Below are positions 11,750 to 24,700 of a stretch of DNA of 64,000 nt, piece by piece. Every line of letters starts with the position of its first letter. The first letter of the stretch is position 1. The notes beneath the pieces are model-generated. The model was not told where the DNA came from and did no database searches. It saw nothing but the letters and a program-made list of their open reading frames with translations. Location: NCBI GenBank assembly GCA_002104945.1, contig MCFH01000011.1, positions 1,011,364 to 1,075,363 on the forward strand. The letters are read 5' to 3'. The position numbers were made by a program, and so were the translations under genes. Source of the DNA: Piromyces finnis finn. Its lineage: Eukaryota; Fungi; Neocallimastigomycota.

Positions 11750-14521
11750 ATTACAAAGTCCAAAAGGCATAACTTGGAAATTAAAATTACCATATATGGT
11801 ATATGGTAGTGAAGCAAGTTATATCTCTATCATCAGGATGCATAGGTATTTGATGATAACCAGAGAATAAATCAATAGTAGATAAAATAGTAGCATTACC
11901 CACATAGTATAAAATATCATCAATCAAAGGAAGTGAATATGCATCTTTTATAGTGCAATTATTCACCTTTCTATAGTCAACACACATTCTTATTTGATTA
12001 TTTTTCTTAGGTACTAAAACTACTGGAGATGACCATGACGAACTAGAAGGAACAATTAATTTATTATCAATAAGCTTAATTAACTCATTTTTTAATGCAT
12101 CAGCTTGCACTTTAGATAATCTATAAGCACGTTGTTTAATAGGTTGGGTTCCAGGAACTAAATTTATTCTATGTGGCATTAATTTAGAATGACCTAAATC
12201 ATCTGTCTTTATTGCCACTACATCGCTATACTCAGAAAATAGTTGTTTTATATTATTCCTACTAGAAATAGGTATTTCATCTATTATTTCATTTATAATA
12301 AGTTGCTTCTTATTATCACCACTATTAGAAATATTAGAAGTAGTATCTTCTTTAACAATTGATATAAAAACAGGAAGAGGACTAGAACAGGAATTTTCAA
12401 ATAAAATATTATTATCAGATATAGAAATATTTTTAGTAGTAATATTATTAGGAACATAAGATATATTACTTTCACAATTATCTATAAAATCAGAAACTCT
12501 TAAATTGGAAATTTTATCAGAGGCATTATTAATAGAACACACATTATTAAACTTATTCAACTCGTACTCTATATAGTTTTTATCATCATCTTTATTAATA
12601 TTATTTGAATTATTAAAATTTACATCATAAAGTAAAGGTGCTAATTTAATACATTCATTATTATTATTAACATGTAATAAAGAATCGTCAACTAAATTTA
12701 AAATAAAATTATTTCTTTTCAATGTAGCAATTCCAACAAGTACATCAAAGATATCATCTTTTTCTACCTCTCTAAAGTGATCTGTAAATGTGTGATTTCC
12801 TATTGTAATCTTAAGTTCATAGATATTTGAATCAATAGAACTATTTGAGTAAACTTGAAATATTTTTTCAGATACTCTACCAACTGATAATTTCTTGATA
12901 TTGAATTTCTTTAATGCAGCAGTAGTAATTAGGTTACACTAGCACAAGAGTCTAAGAATATTTCCGCTGGTCGATTTTCTATAAATCCATTAACCTTAAT
13001 GACTTTATGACTTCCAATAACAGTCATAACATTTATTAAAGATTTCTTATCAATTTCTTTTAATTTCAGAGCTTTAATAAATTCGGATCTAAATTTCGGG
13101 AATAAGTCTAAAAGATAACCTAACTTTGTTACTACATCAGTAGAGGCAACTTCTTTTATCAAATCATTAATTTTGAAATCATCAATTAATTCCATCATTT
13201 TAATATGTTTTTCTAATTTTGGATTACTAGTTTTACTCAGAGATTGGGTTTCATTCATACTATCATTTAAGTTATTCTTCATTTCATTTAATTTTTCTTG
13301 TTTACTTAATTTTTTTGCATTTGAAATATTGGGTTTATTAATAACAGACAAATCTAAGTAATTTAATTTATTTGTGTTATTATTATCATTAGTAGTTTCT
13401 AAGGTTTTGTCAATTTTGTTATTTTCTTCGTTAATATTATCATCTAAACCTAATATTTCTGATTCTTTAATTGGTATCACATCCTCAGAAAATGATACCT
13501 GTTTTCCCTTCTTTGTATTATTATCTGGACTTTTATTTTCATCCATAATATTGGTTTCAATATTTTCCTCTAATGCTGTATCTTCATCCATAGCTACGCT
13601 TTTATTATTTTTATTGTTATTCATTTTTCGTTTAGCTAATTTTAAAACAGGTATGCTAAAAGGAATAGGGTTTTCTTTTAACTTTCTTTCGGAATCCTTA
13701 TATGGAGTTAGTCGATTAGGTTTATTTGATTTTTCATTCTTTTGTGCGACTGCTACTACTTCTTCCTTCATGTTGAGATTACTAAATTTATTGTAATTAC
13801 TTTCTTTTATATTTCTATTATTAAATTCGTTATCATAATGATTTTTCCTAGTCTTCTCATATGTTTTATTATTTTTATGATACTCATATTCATCATCATC
13901 ATCATTATTGGTATTTATATTATTTTTATCACCATTAATAATATTATTACTGTTATGAATATCATTATTTGTATAAATACCACCATCATTATGAATATTA
14001 TTATTATTATTATCATTTTCATTATAAAATTCCTCATTATTATAAATATTCTTATTGTTATAAATATTATTTTTATTATAAATATCATTATTATTATAAA
14101 TATTGTTATCATAAATCATATCATTGTTTTTATAACTCTCAGTATCATTATTAATACCCGCATTATGACTATTGACATAAACATCATTATTATAAGTATC
14201 GTTATTAATATAAACATTATCATTATTATAAATATTATCATTATAAATATTATTATTATATATATTATTATTATTGTCATAAATATCATAATTATTTTGA
14301 TTATAAGCATAATCATTTATACCGTTATCATTATTGCTATTATCATTATAAAATGATTTGGTTTCATCAAATTTATTAGTGTCACTGTTAACAAACATAA
14401 TATTTTCATTTATTTTATCATTATTATTATTGTTATTTAAAGAAGTTTTATTTGAATTAAAACAAATATCTGAATTGATTTGATTACTGGGAGTTATCCT
14501 TCTCCCATAATCTAGTTTAAA
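11750..14521 (-). pseudogene. pol: Element G pol: Asn-rich spacer, protease, partial RT
   Basis: FLDSCAS protease motif, then a 1-nt deletion near 12930. RT motifs SPVVLVPKK, MCVDYR and DLFSGYHQ. A 7-nt duplication near 11795, then YGNFNFQVMPFGLCN, cut at 11750. Confidence 0.88.
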
Positions 14522-15984
14522 TTATTTGATTCAGGTGGATTGTTTAAATTAATTTTGGTTGCTTTATTGTAATTATGTTCTGGTAAATTCTTATTATAAT
14601 AATTATTATAATATTGATTATTTAATTGATTTGGGTAATTATTATTAATATCGTTCCTGTTATCACTATCACTAATGTTATTCTTCATATTATTCTCATT
14701 GATATTACTGACATTATTAAATGCATTATTGTTCATTGTGTTGTTTTTATTATAATAACTATTAAAACCATTATTATAATATCCATTATATCCAATATTA
14801 TTATTATTATAATTATTGTAGCTATTAATATTATTACTTTCATTATAATTATAATTTCCACTTGGATTAAAATTACCTTTCTTATAATCATTATTGGTGT
14901 ACATATAATTATTATTCATATTATTATATTTATTTGTATGATAATAATCCATATAATTATTTTCATTAATGTTTCTATTACCCTTTTAGGTGTTGTTATT
15001 AGTATTAGTACTAGTATTAGTATTGAATCCATTTAAATAACTATTATTGTTGTAATTATTGTTGTCATAATCATTATATAAATTTCCATATCTATTATAA
15101 GAATTTCTTTGGTTATTAAATTGATTAAAATTATTTCTATTATTTCTATTATTTCTTTCTCTTTTATTTGGACATTCACTAGCTTTATGTCCCATTTGCT
15201 TGCAATAGTAGCATTTGATACTCCTGAAGTTACTATTATTAAAATACACATTTTTATAATTTCTTGGGGTACCTGAATAGGATCTTCTGATAGGCTTTTC
15301 TTGTACATAATTTGAATAAGAGTTATTAAAATTGCTGTGATTAATATTATCATTATCTTCATCTACTAATCCTCTATATAACGGATGGTCTAACAGAGCA
15401 TTTCGAGTATTTTTTGTATTTTGGTATACCATAGAAATATTGTTAGTTTCAGTACTTTCTATGGTTCTTCTTTCGGCTTTCTCAGCCTTTTCAGCAACTT
15501 TAAAAGCTTCGGATAATGTTTCACATTCGGATAATATAACTTGGGAGTGTGGATAAACTCTTTTCTTAATAGAATTTAAATAGTCATCCACAGAAATGAT
15601 TTTCATAAAATCTCTTTCCAAACGGTGATAAAGAATTAAGTATTTATAGTTGAAGCTTTTTATAGTTTCATTTTGCTTAATTTTTAATGTTTTTAATACT
15701 GAACATTTATCCCCTGGCTTTATTTCCAGATAATCTTCAATGGCAGATTGTACCTCTTTATAATTAGGATACCTTTTAACGTTATTGTGAGAGGTACATA
15801 AAGATTTCAAAACGTTCTTGATATCCGCTTCAACAGCAATTTTTAACCACACAAATATTCTAGAGGGCTCCTGTATATCATGGATCTCCATGACATATAT
15901 GAAATCTTCCATCCAAGAATCAATATCCTTTCCATAATCGCAGAGGTATGGAAGGTCTCTTTTAACTTTAGTGGCGTCTACCAT
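14512..15984 (-). pseudogene. gag: Element G gag with one internal in-frame TAA (14986-14988)
   Basis: CYYCKQMGHKASEC knuckle. ORF 14512-14952 is in frame with 14986-15984 and ends at TTTAAAC-TAG. Confidence 0.85.
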
Positions 15985-16208
15985 TTGAATTATTTATTTA
16001 TTTTAAAATAAATTTTTATAATAACTTCTTATATTTATTAATATTATAATTTATATATATATATATATATAATATTTGTGTATATTTAATAGTTTTATAA
16101 TAGAGTTTTATTTATATAAAAGGGTTTATAATAATTAAAAAAAAAAGAATATAATTAGAATAGAAATAATACTATTATTGTTTCATATTATTCAATATTG
16201 CTACGCCC

Positions 16209-16221
16209 GGATTCTCCACCA
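16209..16221 (-). promoter_or_regulatory. Primer-binding site, probably tRNA-Ala
   Basis: TGGTGGAGAATCC just inside the 5' LTR, identical to the element E PBS. Confidence 0.8.
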
Positions 16222-16228
16222 AATTTTA

Positions 16229-16998
16229 TGATGCAATATATTTCAAAAACACCATAAATAAAATATAATTGTGAACGTTAGCAATAGGGAATGATAGTTG
16301 AATAATATATTAGATAATATTGTATTTATTTCTATTTTATAATAATAAAAATAAATAATAAGAATAAATAATAAGAATAATAGATTTTATAATAATACAA
16401 TTAAATAGATTTTGGTTTAAAGTTTCTTTATTTAATTATTATTATTATTATGATTATAACATTAATAACATTCACTACTAGTAGAATCGAAAGTTATTAT
16501 TTAATAAATATAAATAGTTAAATATAAAATGTAAATATAAAAATATGTTGATAAAATTCTTATTAATAATAAAATATAACTTTTTGAAATAATAAAAATA
16601 AACAATAATTATTCTTTTCTTTTATAATTAATATTTTAAACTGAATTAAATATAATAAATACTAAATACGTAATTAGTAACCTAAAACTAAACTAAAATA
16701 AACTGTAACTAAAATAAAATAAAACAGAACTTATACTTAAAACTAAAATATCAAATATTATTTATAAACGAAAAGTTTTCTCCTCTTTTATATATTGTTC
16801 TTTATCACTATTTTTATATCTTTTCATTTCTTGTGTAATTAATTATTCTAATATATGTGTAACATTTGCGTCATAATAATTTATACTAATATAGTTTAAT
16901 TATTATTAACACTAGTAATTAATATACAATTTATAAAAGGATTAGATATTATTCATAAAATATTTAAAATATTATATTTTTCTATGCATCTTGTATCA
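16229..16998 (-). repeat. 5' LTR of element G
   Basis: TGATGC...TGTATCA termini next to the PBS. The outer boundary is inferred from the terminal motif only. Confidence 0.55.
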
Positions 16999-17636
16999 GA
17001 CTGTAAGAAATTAGAATTAAACTTAAGTAATTCTATATTTCTTATTAAAATGTATACATTTTTCATGTTTTATTTTATTAATATTTTATAAATGTAACAA
17101 TACTTATTATGTAATATGTGTAATGTAAATTAAATTGTAGTTTTATTTTAAATTATATTAAACATTTTATTTAATTATTTAGTATATTTTATTATCTAAA
17201 TTAAAATTAAAGTAAAATTGATAGGAACCGGATATTAAATATTTTTCCTATCACAAATAGGTTTTGATTTAATTATTCGGTGATTAATAAGAATAGATTA
17301 TTAATCGAAATCCTTCTAGGGTTTTCTTATCTAGTCTTTCCCTAGAAGATTTATTTGTTAAACTAGAAAATTCTTTAATTTAACCCAAAATTTTAAAATT
17401 CTTATAAATAAAACAACTCTTGAATTTAATTAAAAAATTCAAGAGTTATTATTTTTTCTTTGTAAGAAAAAATAAACTCAAAACTTATTAAGAGAAGTTT
17501 TAATAAAAATTTTTAAAAAAATTATTATTCAATAATTTAAAATAAGAATAAAACAAAACATTAAAGATACGTATTACTTATTTTGTGAATATAGTTATAT
17601 TATTATATTACTTACAGTGTATTATTACATTGTAGT

Positions 17637-18664
17637 TGTAAAAGTTTTACTAAACTTATAATTTAATATTAAAATATTAAATTAAATAAAAGATTAAAGA
17701 TAACTTGGTTAGAAAAAATATTTTATTAAAATAATCTTAATTGTTTTATAAATGAATAATTAAATTATGTATTATAGTTAAAATAACTTCTTTTTATTTT
17801 ATTTAAAGAATATATATAATAATGAGATTATTTAATAGTAATACTTATTAAGTATTAATAAGATAATAATCTTTACAAAGATTTAATTCATAAAACTATT
17901 CTAAACTATTTATACTATTTGTAATTTTACATTTAATAATAAAATAACTTTTTAATACATGATTATTTTTATAATATATTTTATAATACTAAGGCTAAAC
18001 TTAAGACTTATTACTAATTATTAAAAATAACTATTGTTTATATATTCATAATATTAATTATTTCTTAATTATAATATAATTCATTGAATATAATATTAAT
18101 AATTATAATCTTTTAATTCAAAGATTATAAGTTATGTTATTGAAATAATTATTATAAAATAAAGTTAATTAATTCCGGAAAATAATTTTAATTTAATTAA
18201 AACAATAATTTATATCCTTTTGGGTGAATGATTTATGTTCAATACATCAGGGGTGATCATTCTCTGAATAAACAATTAATCATTACTAACAAAATATCTT
18301 TAAATTGGAATATCTCGTGAACCAGCAGAGATATCGACCTGATTTTAAGATATGTTGTTTATCTCAAGCGTGGCTTTCTAATGAACCCACAATCTCCCAA
18401 AACACAATTATCCAAAATCGCCATTCGTTAAGGAGATACGCGTGTTTTTCCTTATTTAATTTTGACGATAAGGGTTAAAGTTATTTGTTATAAAAATATT
18501 AAGGGTTAAGGTCATATCTTAACCTTTTATAAATTTTTTAAATATTTCTTAATATAATTTTATAATTTATTTGAAAATAAAATATTATTGATTTTGAAAT
18601 TTTATAAGTAATTTCACAATTTCAAGTGATCTTGAAATTGCAGATTCCACTAGTATTCGTGACA
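17637..18664 (-). mobile_element. Solo LTR family A
   Basis: Reverse complement of 6047-7075, TSD GTAGT. Confidence 0.92.
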
Positions 18665-18671
18665 GTAGTTA

Positions 18672-19668
18672 TGTTAAGTTTTTGGATTTGGTTATGCGGC
18701 CAGGTCAGAATGTTATCAATTATATAGTAAATATGTTTTTTAAGAAATTAAATTTAAATATAAAATAACCCTTTAAACTTCCAAATGAAAAATTAATATT
18801 TATTCTTTAGAATAACTTTTTTATAAAATTTTATTTATTTATTAATAATAATATAAATGATAATATATTTAATAACTATATAATTAAGATTATAACTATA
18901 ATCTTTACAAAGAATTAAAATCGAATTCAATTCATTCTATTTTATATTCTTTGTTCAGATTATTAAATTGATAAAAATAAAGTATTACATGTAATATATT
19001 AATAACATAATAAGATTGTTTGTTTATTTGTTTGTTTGTTTTGTCATGACATAAAATAAAATAAACATATGATTAATCATTTAAACACTTGATCCATTAA
19101 CCTATTTTATAATAATTAAAATTATTTAATTTATAAATGTTAACTGTTACACCTAAATGGTTTAGTTCTATTTTTAGTAACAGTCACTATCATTAATTAA
19201 ATTAATATAATTAAAATTTCTATTGATATCTTTTTAATTTTCGTCAAGTCATAAGAAATGTCTATGATCCATACTTGATATCATATTAATTTTAATTTAC
19301 TTATTAAAATCTTCAAATGACCATATCTTTCTTAAATGACCAGTTAGAAGGACCGCGATTGTACCAAAATGTAGCTTTTCCCTTAAGCTTCCTAATAAAC
19401 TTAGTTTCACAGCCGTAGTACTTACAGCCGTAGCACTCGTTTTTGGCGAGTTATGCGTAGTTTCGTATTTGTTTATTTTTGGCTAAGGGTTATAGTGTAT
19501 TGATATTAAATTTTTGAAATCATAACCCTTTCACTGAATCAAAATTTAAAAGGTGACTTTTAAAGGTGTTTTAAAATAATTATTGGGATCATTTAATTCT
19601 AATTATTATGTTTAATTGATTATATATATATATCTGAATTTGTTTTAAATTCAGTTAATATCTTCACA
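18672..19668 (-). mobile_element. Solo LTR family B
   Basis: TGTTAAG...CTTCACA with TSD AGTTA. Homologous to 46055-46867 and 55147-56278. Confidence 0.9.
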
Positions 19669-20404
19669 AGTTAAGTGTAAAATATTATATTAATAGAATA
19701 ATGTATTTAATACGTATTTAAAATAATGTATAATGTATTAAATTAATGTACCGTAAATTTCCATAAAATTCATATCACAATACATTAACATAAATTTATG
19801 TAAATTTTATTTTTTAATTACAAAAATTTATATCACAATACATTAACATAAATTTATGTAAAATTTAATTTTATGATAAGATAAAGTTTTTGATGATAAA
19901 ATAAAATTTTAAATTAAATGAATTTTAACCAATAAATATTTTAGATAATAAAAAATTTTTTTTATAAACTAAGTCTCAAAATTAGAAATAAATAAATTGA
20001 ATATATGTTTGAAATGTAATCAACCATATAGTAAATAAATCAAAACTTTATTTTAAGTTTAGAAAATTCTTTAGTAAATAAGTTGAATTTAAATAGTTTA
20101 ATACAAATAATTTCTTTTAATAAATGTATAAATGTAAACAGTGTAAAATTATAATATTAAAACATGTATATTAGAATTTATTCAATTTATTTAAAAAGTA
20201 TAAATAAAGAGAATTTTTCAACTATTGAAACGATAGTTGGAAAATCGTATAGGTTAATTTTGTTTAGATAAATTAACATTAGTTTATAATTAGTTTATAG
20301 TTTAGATTAATAATTTTAGTTTTAAATAAATATAAATTGATTACCTAGTGAGGGCTCTGGTGAAATATCCTTCACGGTAAAGTAATCAACGGTTGTTTAG
20401 TTAG

Positions 20405-20843
20405 TGTAATGAATACTAGAAATAACTAAATTGTCTTAGTGGTTAGTAGCTAAGACTTTGAGTCTGAATGACACTAGTTCGAGACCTCATAGATACTATT
20501 TTAAAAAAATTATAATTTTATTTTATTTTATTTTATTTTTAAATTTTATTTTATATGAAGATTATTGATTGGTTAAGAATTTTAAGTTGAAAAAATTTTA
20601 TAAATTAATTTAAAAAATTTTTAGTATAAATACGAGTGAATTTTCCCAAATATTTTAAAGAATCGAGATTTTATTAATAAATAATTATATTATTAAACAC
20701 TAACTTATTAAGTTAAATTCTATGTGTTTTTAATGATATTTTTATAAATTAATAATTTACAGAATATTTTAAAGTGTTAATATTACTAAGTTATTTAGTA
20801 AATATTATAATTTGTTTTATTGTTAAAGACACATTTCTTTACA
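20405..20843 (+). repeat. 5' LTR of element 2
   Basis: TG...CA direct repeat of 26487-26925, TATAAATA at 20625-20632. Confidence 0.97.
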
Positions 20844-21734
20844 ATAAAATCTCCTTATAATATAAAAGCTTAATACCTTAGTGTTTAAGGAATTGTTATA
20901 GATAAAACTTTTAAGTTTTATTGTTGAAGCTTTTCTTTAAAGAAATATTTTTACTTAAAGTAGTAGAATTAGTACGCTTTAGAAGCGGTATATAATTCAA
21001 ACTATAAAAAGTAAAAGATTAACGGGATCAAGTTTAACCTGTACAATAATTGGGTTGGCAGGCTCTGAGCTATTCTACTTTGAATAAGGAAGTAGGAGAA
21101 TCCGAGGTACACCACGTACAAGACGCTGTAATAAGCAAGCTGGCGTGAGATTTATAGTTGTATACTATCTTTTGCTGTTTGATTATAGACCGGAAAATAG
21201 CCGGAAATGCCTTACTTTAATAAAATAATATTTCTTAATTAATACATTTTAAAATTAAGTTTTCTAATAAAACAATTTCTAATTTTTAATTATAATTATT
21301 AATTGTTAAGACAATTTATTAAAATTGTAATAATATAAAATAATATTCTTTATAACTCCTTTAGCGTGAGAAGTTAAACTCTTATACATAATACTTCTAC
21401 GTTCGGATAAGGTTGATATAGGGAAAGAAAACCTGTAATAATTTTTATTGCTAACAATAAGTTAGACACTAAAAAAAATTTTTACACCGTTCCTTTCTTT
21501 TATTAATTTAATTAATATTAACAATCGACTTTATACGTGTTATCGTGAAGAGCTACGAAGGACTTATTATAAAGAATAAAACAGGTTATATATTTGATGG
21601 TTTAACACTATATAATCTGGTTTGTATTATTATTTAATAAAAAGATTTACTCAATTAATAAATATAATTAAATACTTTATTCTATTATTTTTACAAATTT
21701 ATTAAAGCTTATTAAAGAAAACATCATAAGTACT

Positions 21735-24700
21735 ATGGAAGAGAACGAAAACAACCACATGGATAATAATAATATTTTCGAAAACGCAACTCTTAAGGAT
21801 GGTTTTGCAGGGGATCGCAGGTATCTGAAGGGTTTCTTAGCTAAGGTGGAGCTAGTGTTTATGCTATATCCTGAACGGTATCAAGACGACGCAACCAAAA
21901 TTCTCTATATAATATCAAGACTTTATGGGGACGCTATGAACTGGGCTGCTACTCTTATAAACAACCATGATCCGTGTCTTAATAACTACCAAGCTTTTGT
22001 TGACAGATTTAAGGCTTTTTATGGTTATAACGATGCTACCTATGTTGCAAATCAAATGCTTAGAACCTTAAAACAACGCCGATTAGGAGGAATTAGAGGC
22101 TATATCTTGGAATTTAACCGCTATGCTGATGAATCAAACTGGAATGAACAAGCCAAAATGGATGCATTTATAGCTGGCCTTAATCAACAAGTTGCCGTTC
22201 GTATTTTGGAAATGTTTCCGGGTCCTAGGGATCTTCTTTCATTACAGACTATTGCTTCAAGAATCGATTCAAGATTATCTACACATCATACCTTTTTCCC
22301 TTCTGGTTCAAACAATGACCAAAACCGAAAGAAAAGATCTTTTCATCACTCTTCAAAAATAACAAAGTCCATTACAAACAGGAATAACCATGGCCCTATC
22401 TCAAACGAAGAAAAGGAAAGAAGAAAGAAAGAAAATCTTTGTGTGTATTGTGGTGCTTCAAGTCATAAGCTTAATAATTGTCCAAAAAGAAAGAATAAAG
22501 ATCGTGAAAATCCTTCACTAATATCTATTCCCACACTTATATCCGCTCCTAAAGAAGAAAACAAAACTCATAATAAAATGACAACTAAATTTAAACTTTC
22601 TTATGAACTAAATACGGATATTCTTATTGACTCAGGATCCAAACTTAATTTAATTGATGTAGATTACTGTAACGATAATAACATTCCTTATCATGATGAT
22701 GGTAACCTCCCAAATATCGTTGGTATCGGTGGTCGACAATCTCTTTTTGGAATTACATCTCCTTTGAATCTTCGCTACAAAGATCATCTCTGTCGAACAC
22801 AATTCTATGTAACTGATCTACCTTATTATCCTTGTATTCTTGGAATAGACTGGCTTAAAGAACACAATCCTTCTATCGATTTCACAAAGAACAAAATTTC
22901 ATTTGTATCCGATTACTGTTATAATCGTTGTATAACACTCTCCAATAATGTCTCTGAATTTCCTGAAGAAAGATCTGCTTTTCCTGCAATGGAAGATCCT
23001 TCCTACGAACCTCCGCATGATTCATTCGCTTACCCTATATTTGTCGATAAACAAAACATCCAATCTCAAAACGAAACTAATCGTACTTGTACTATTCTCT
23101 GTTCGGGTTCTTCAAAAAATATTAACAATTCTGTTTCTAAGAAGTCTTCTGTTAACTTTTCTACTTCGTCTCTCTCAAATCAAGAACCAACTTCTGTTTT
23201 GACTTCTTTTTCTGATTCTAATATTCATTCCAATTCTATTCTCAAATCCGATTCAAACTCTAAATCAGAACCCAATTCTTCTATTATACTTCCGGATGTT
23301 CTCTCTGACTTTGCTGATGTCTTCAATGAATCTAATGCTGAAAAACTTCCTCCACACCGTCCATACGATTGTGAAATAAAACTCAAAGAAAATTCAAAAC
23401 TGTTTTATGGACCGATTTATCCCTTAACAGAAACCGAATCAATTGCTTTAGAAGAATATATAAAAGAAAATCTCAAGAAAGGATTTATTAGAAAATCAAA
23501 ATCGCCTGCGGGAGCTCCTATTCTGTTTGTACCTAAGAAAAACGGTCAACTTCGTATGTGTGTTGACTATCGCCAATTAAACTCCATAACTATTCGTGAT
23601 TCTTATCCCCTTCCTCTTATACAAGATATGCTTGAACATCTTGGAAAAGGGAAGATTTTCTCAAAATTGGATCTTCGTTCTGCCTATAACTTGGTCAGGA
23701 TTAAAAGTGGTGATGAATATAAAACCGCTTTTACTTGCAAGTTAGGTCATTTTGAATACTGCGTGATGCCTTTTGGGTTGAAAAATGCACCTGCTGTTTT
23801 TCAACATTTCATTAATGATGTTCTTGAAGACGTTCTTGGTAAATTCGCTTTCTCTTACATAGATGATATTATTATTTTTTCCTCGGATTATAAATCTCAT
23901 ATTTCTCATGTCAAAACTGTTTTGAAACTCCTGAGGGATACTGGGCTCTATGCTAAATTGGAAAAATGCGAGTTTTTTGTTTCTTTTATTGATTTCCTTG
24001 GTCATAGGATTTCTACTGATGGTATTCACATGGACCCAAATAAAGTTTCTTCTATTTTAAACTGGCCTACTCCATCTAATGTTAAAGAGGTTCAATCTTT
24101 TCTTGGTCTTGCGAACTACTACCGTCGATTTATTCCAAATTTTGCAAAGATCGCTCATCCTTTGCATAAACTTTTGAAGAAAAATGTTAAATTTGTATGG
24201 TCTAAAGAAGCTCAAGATGCTTTCGATTCACTCAAGTCCTTATTTGTTTCTGCTCCTGTTCTTATATTTCCTAATCGTGAACTTCCGTTCATAGTCGAAA
24301 CTGATTCAAGTAACTTTGCCATTGGTGCTATTCTCTCGCAAGTCTCTCCAATTGATAATATGACACATCCAGTTGCTTTCTTTTCTCGCTCTCTTACTGG
24401 TCCTGAACGTAATTATCCAATATATGATAAAGAGCTCTTAGCTATCGTTGCTGCTCTTGAAACATGGCGTCATCTACTTAAAGGCTCTTCTTCTACTTTT
24501 AAGATTTACTCGGATCATCGAAATTTACTCTATCAAAAGAAACCTGAAAAAATGTCTCAACGTCTTGTTCGCTGGGCTTTGTTTCTCTCTGAATTTAACT
24601 TTGTTATTATTTATCGTTCTGGTTCTTCTAACGGTAAGCCTGATGCCCTATCTCGTCGTCCTGATTATGCTATCAATTCGAATTCCTCTTCTGATGTTCC

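Larger units (their letters stand above)
11750..16998 (-). mobile_element. Ty3/gypsy element G, defective and 3'-truncated
   Basis: 5' LTR, PBS, gag with CCHC knuckle, protease and the first half of RT. Confidence 0.88.

Noticed and set aside
13173-14356. Several plus-strand and alternate-frame ORFs rich in Ile/Phe (for example 13742-14356, 204 aa)
   Set aside because: They are antisense or off-frame shadows of AAT-rich gag/pol sequence with no independent coding signal.
14986-14988. TAA inside element G gag as a readthrough site
   Set aside because: The element has other disabling lesions and I see no readthrough context, so a nonsense mutation is more likely.
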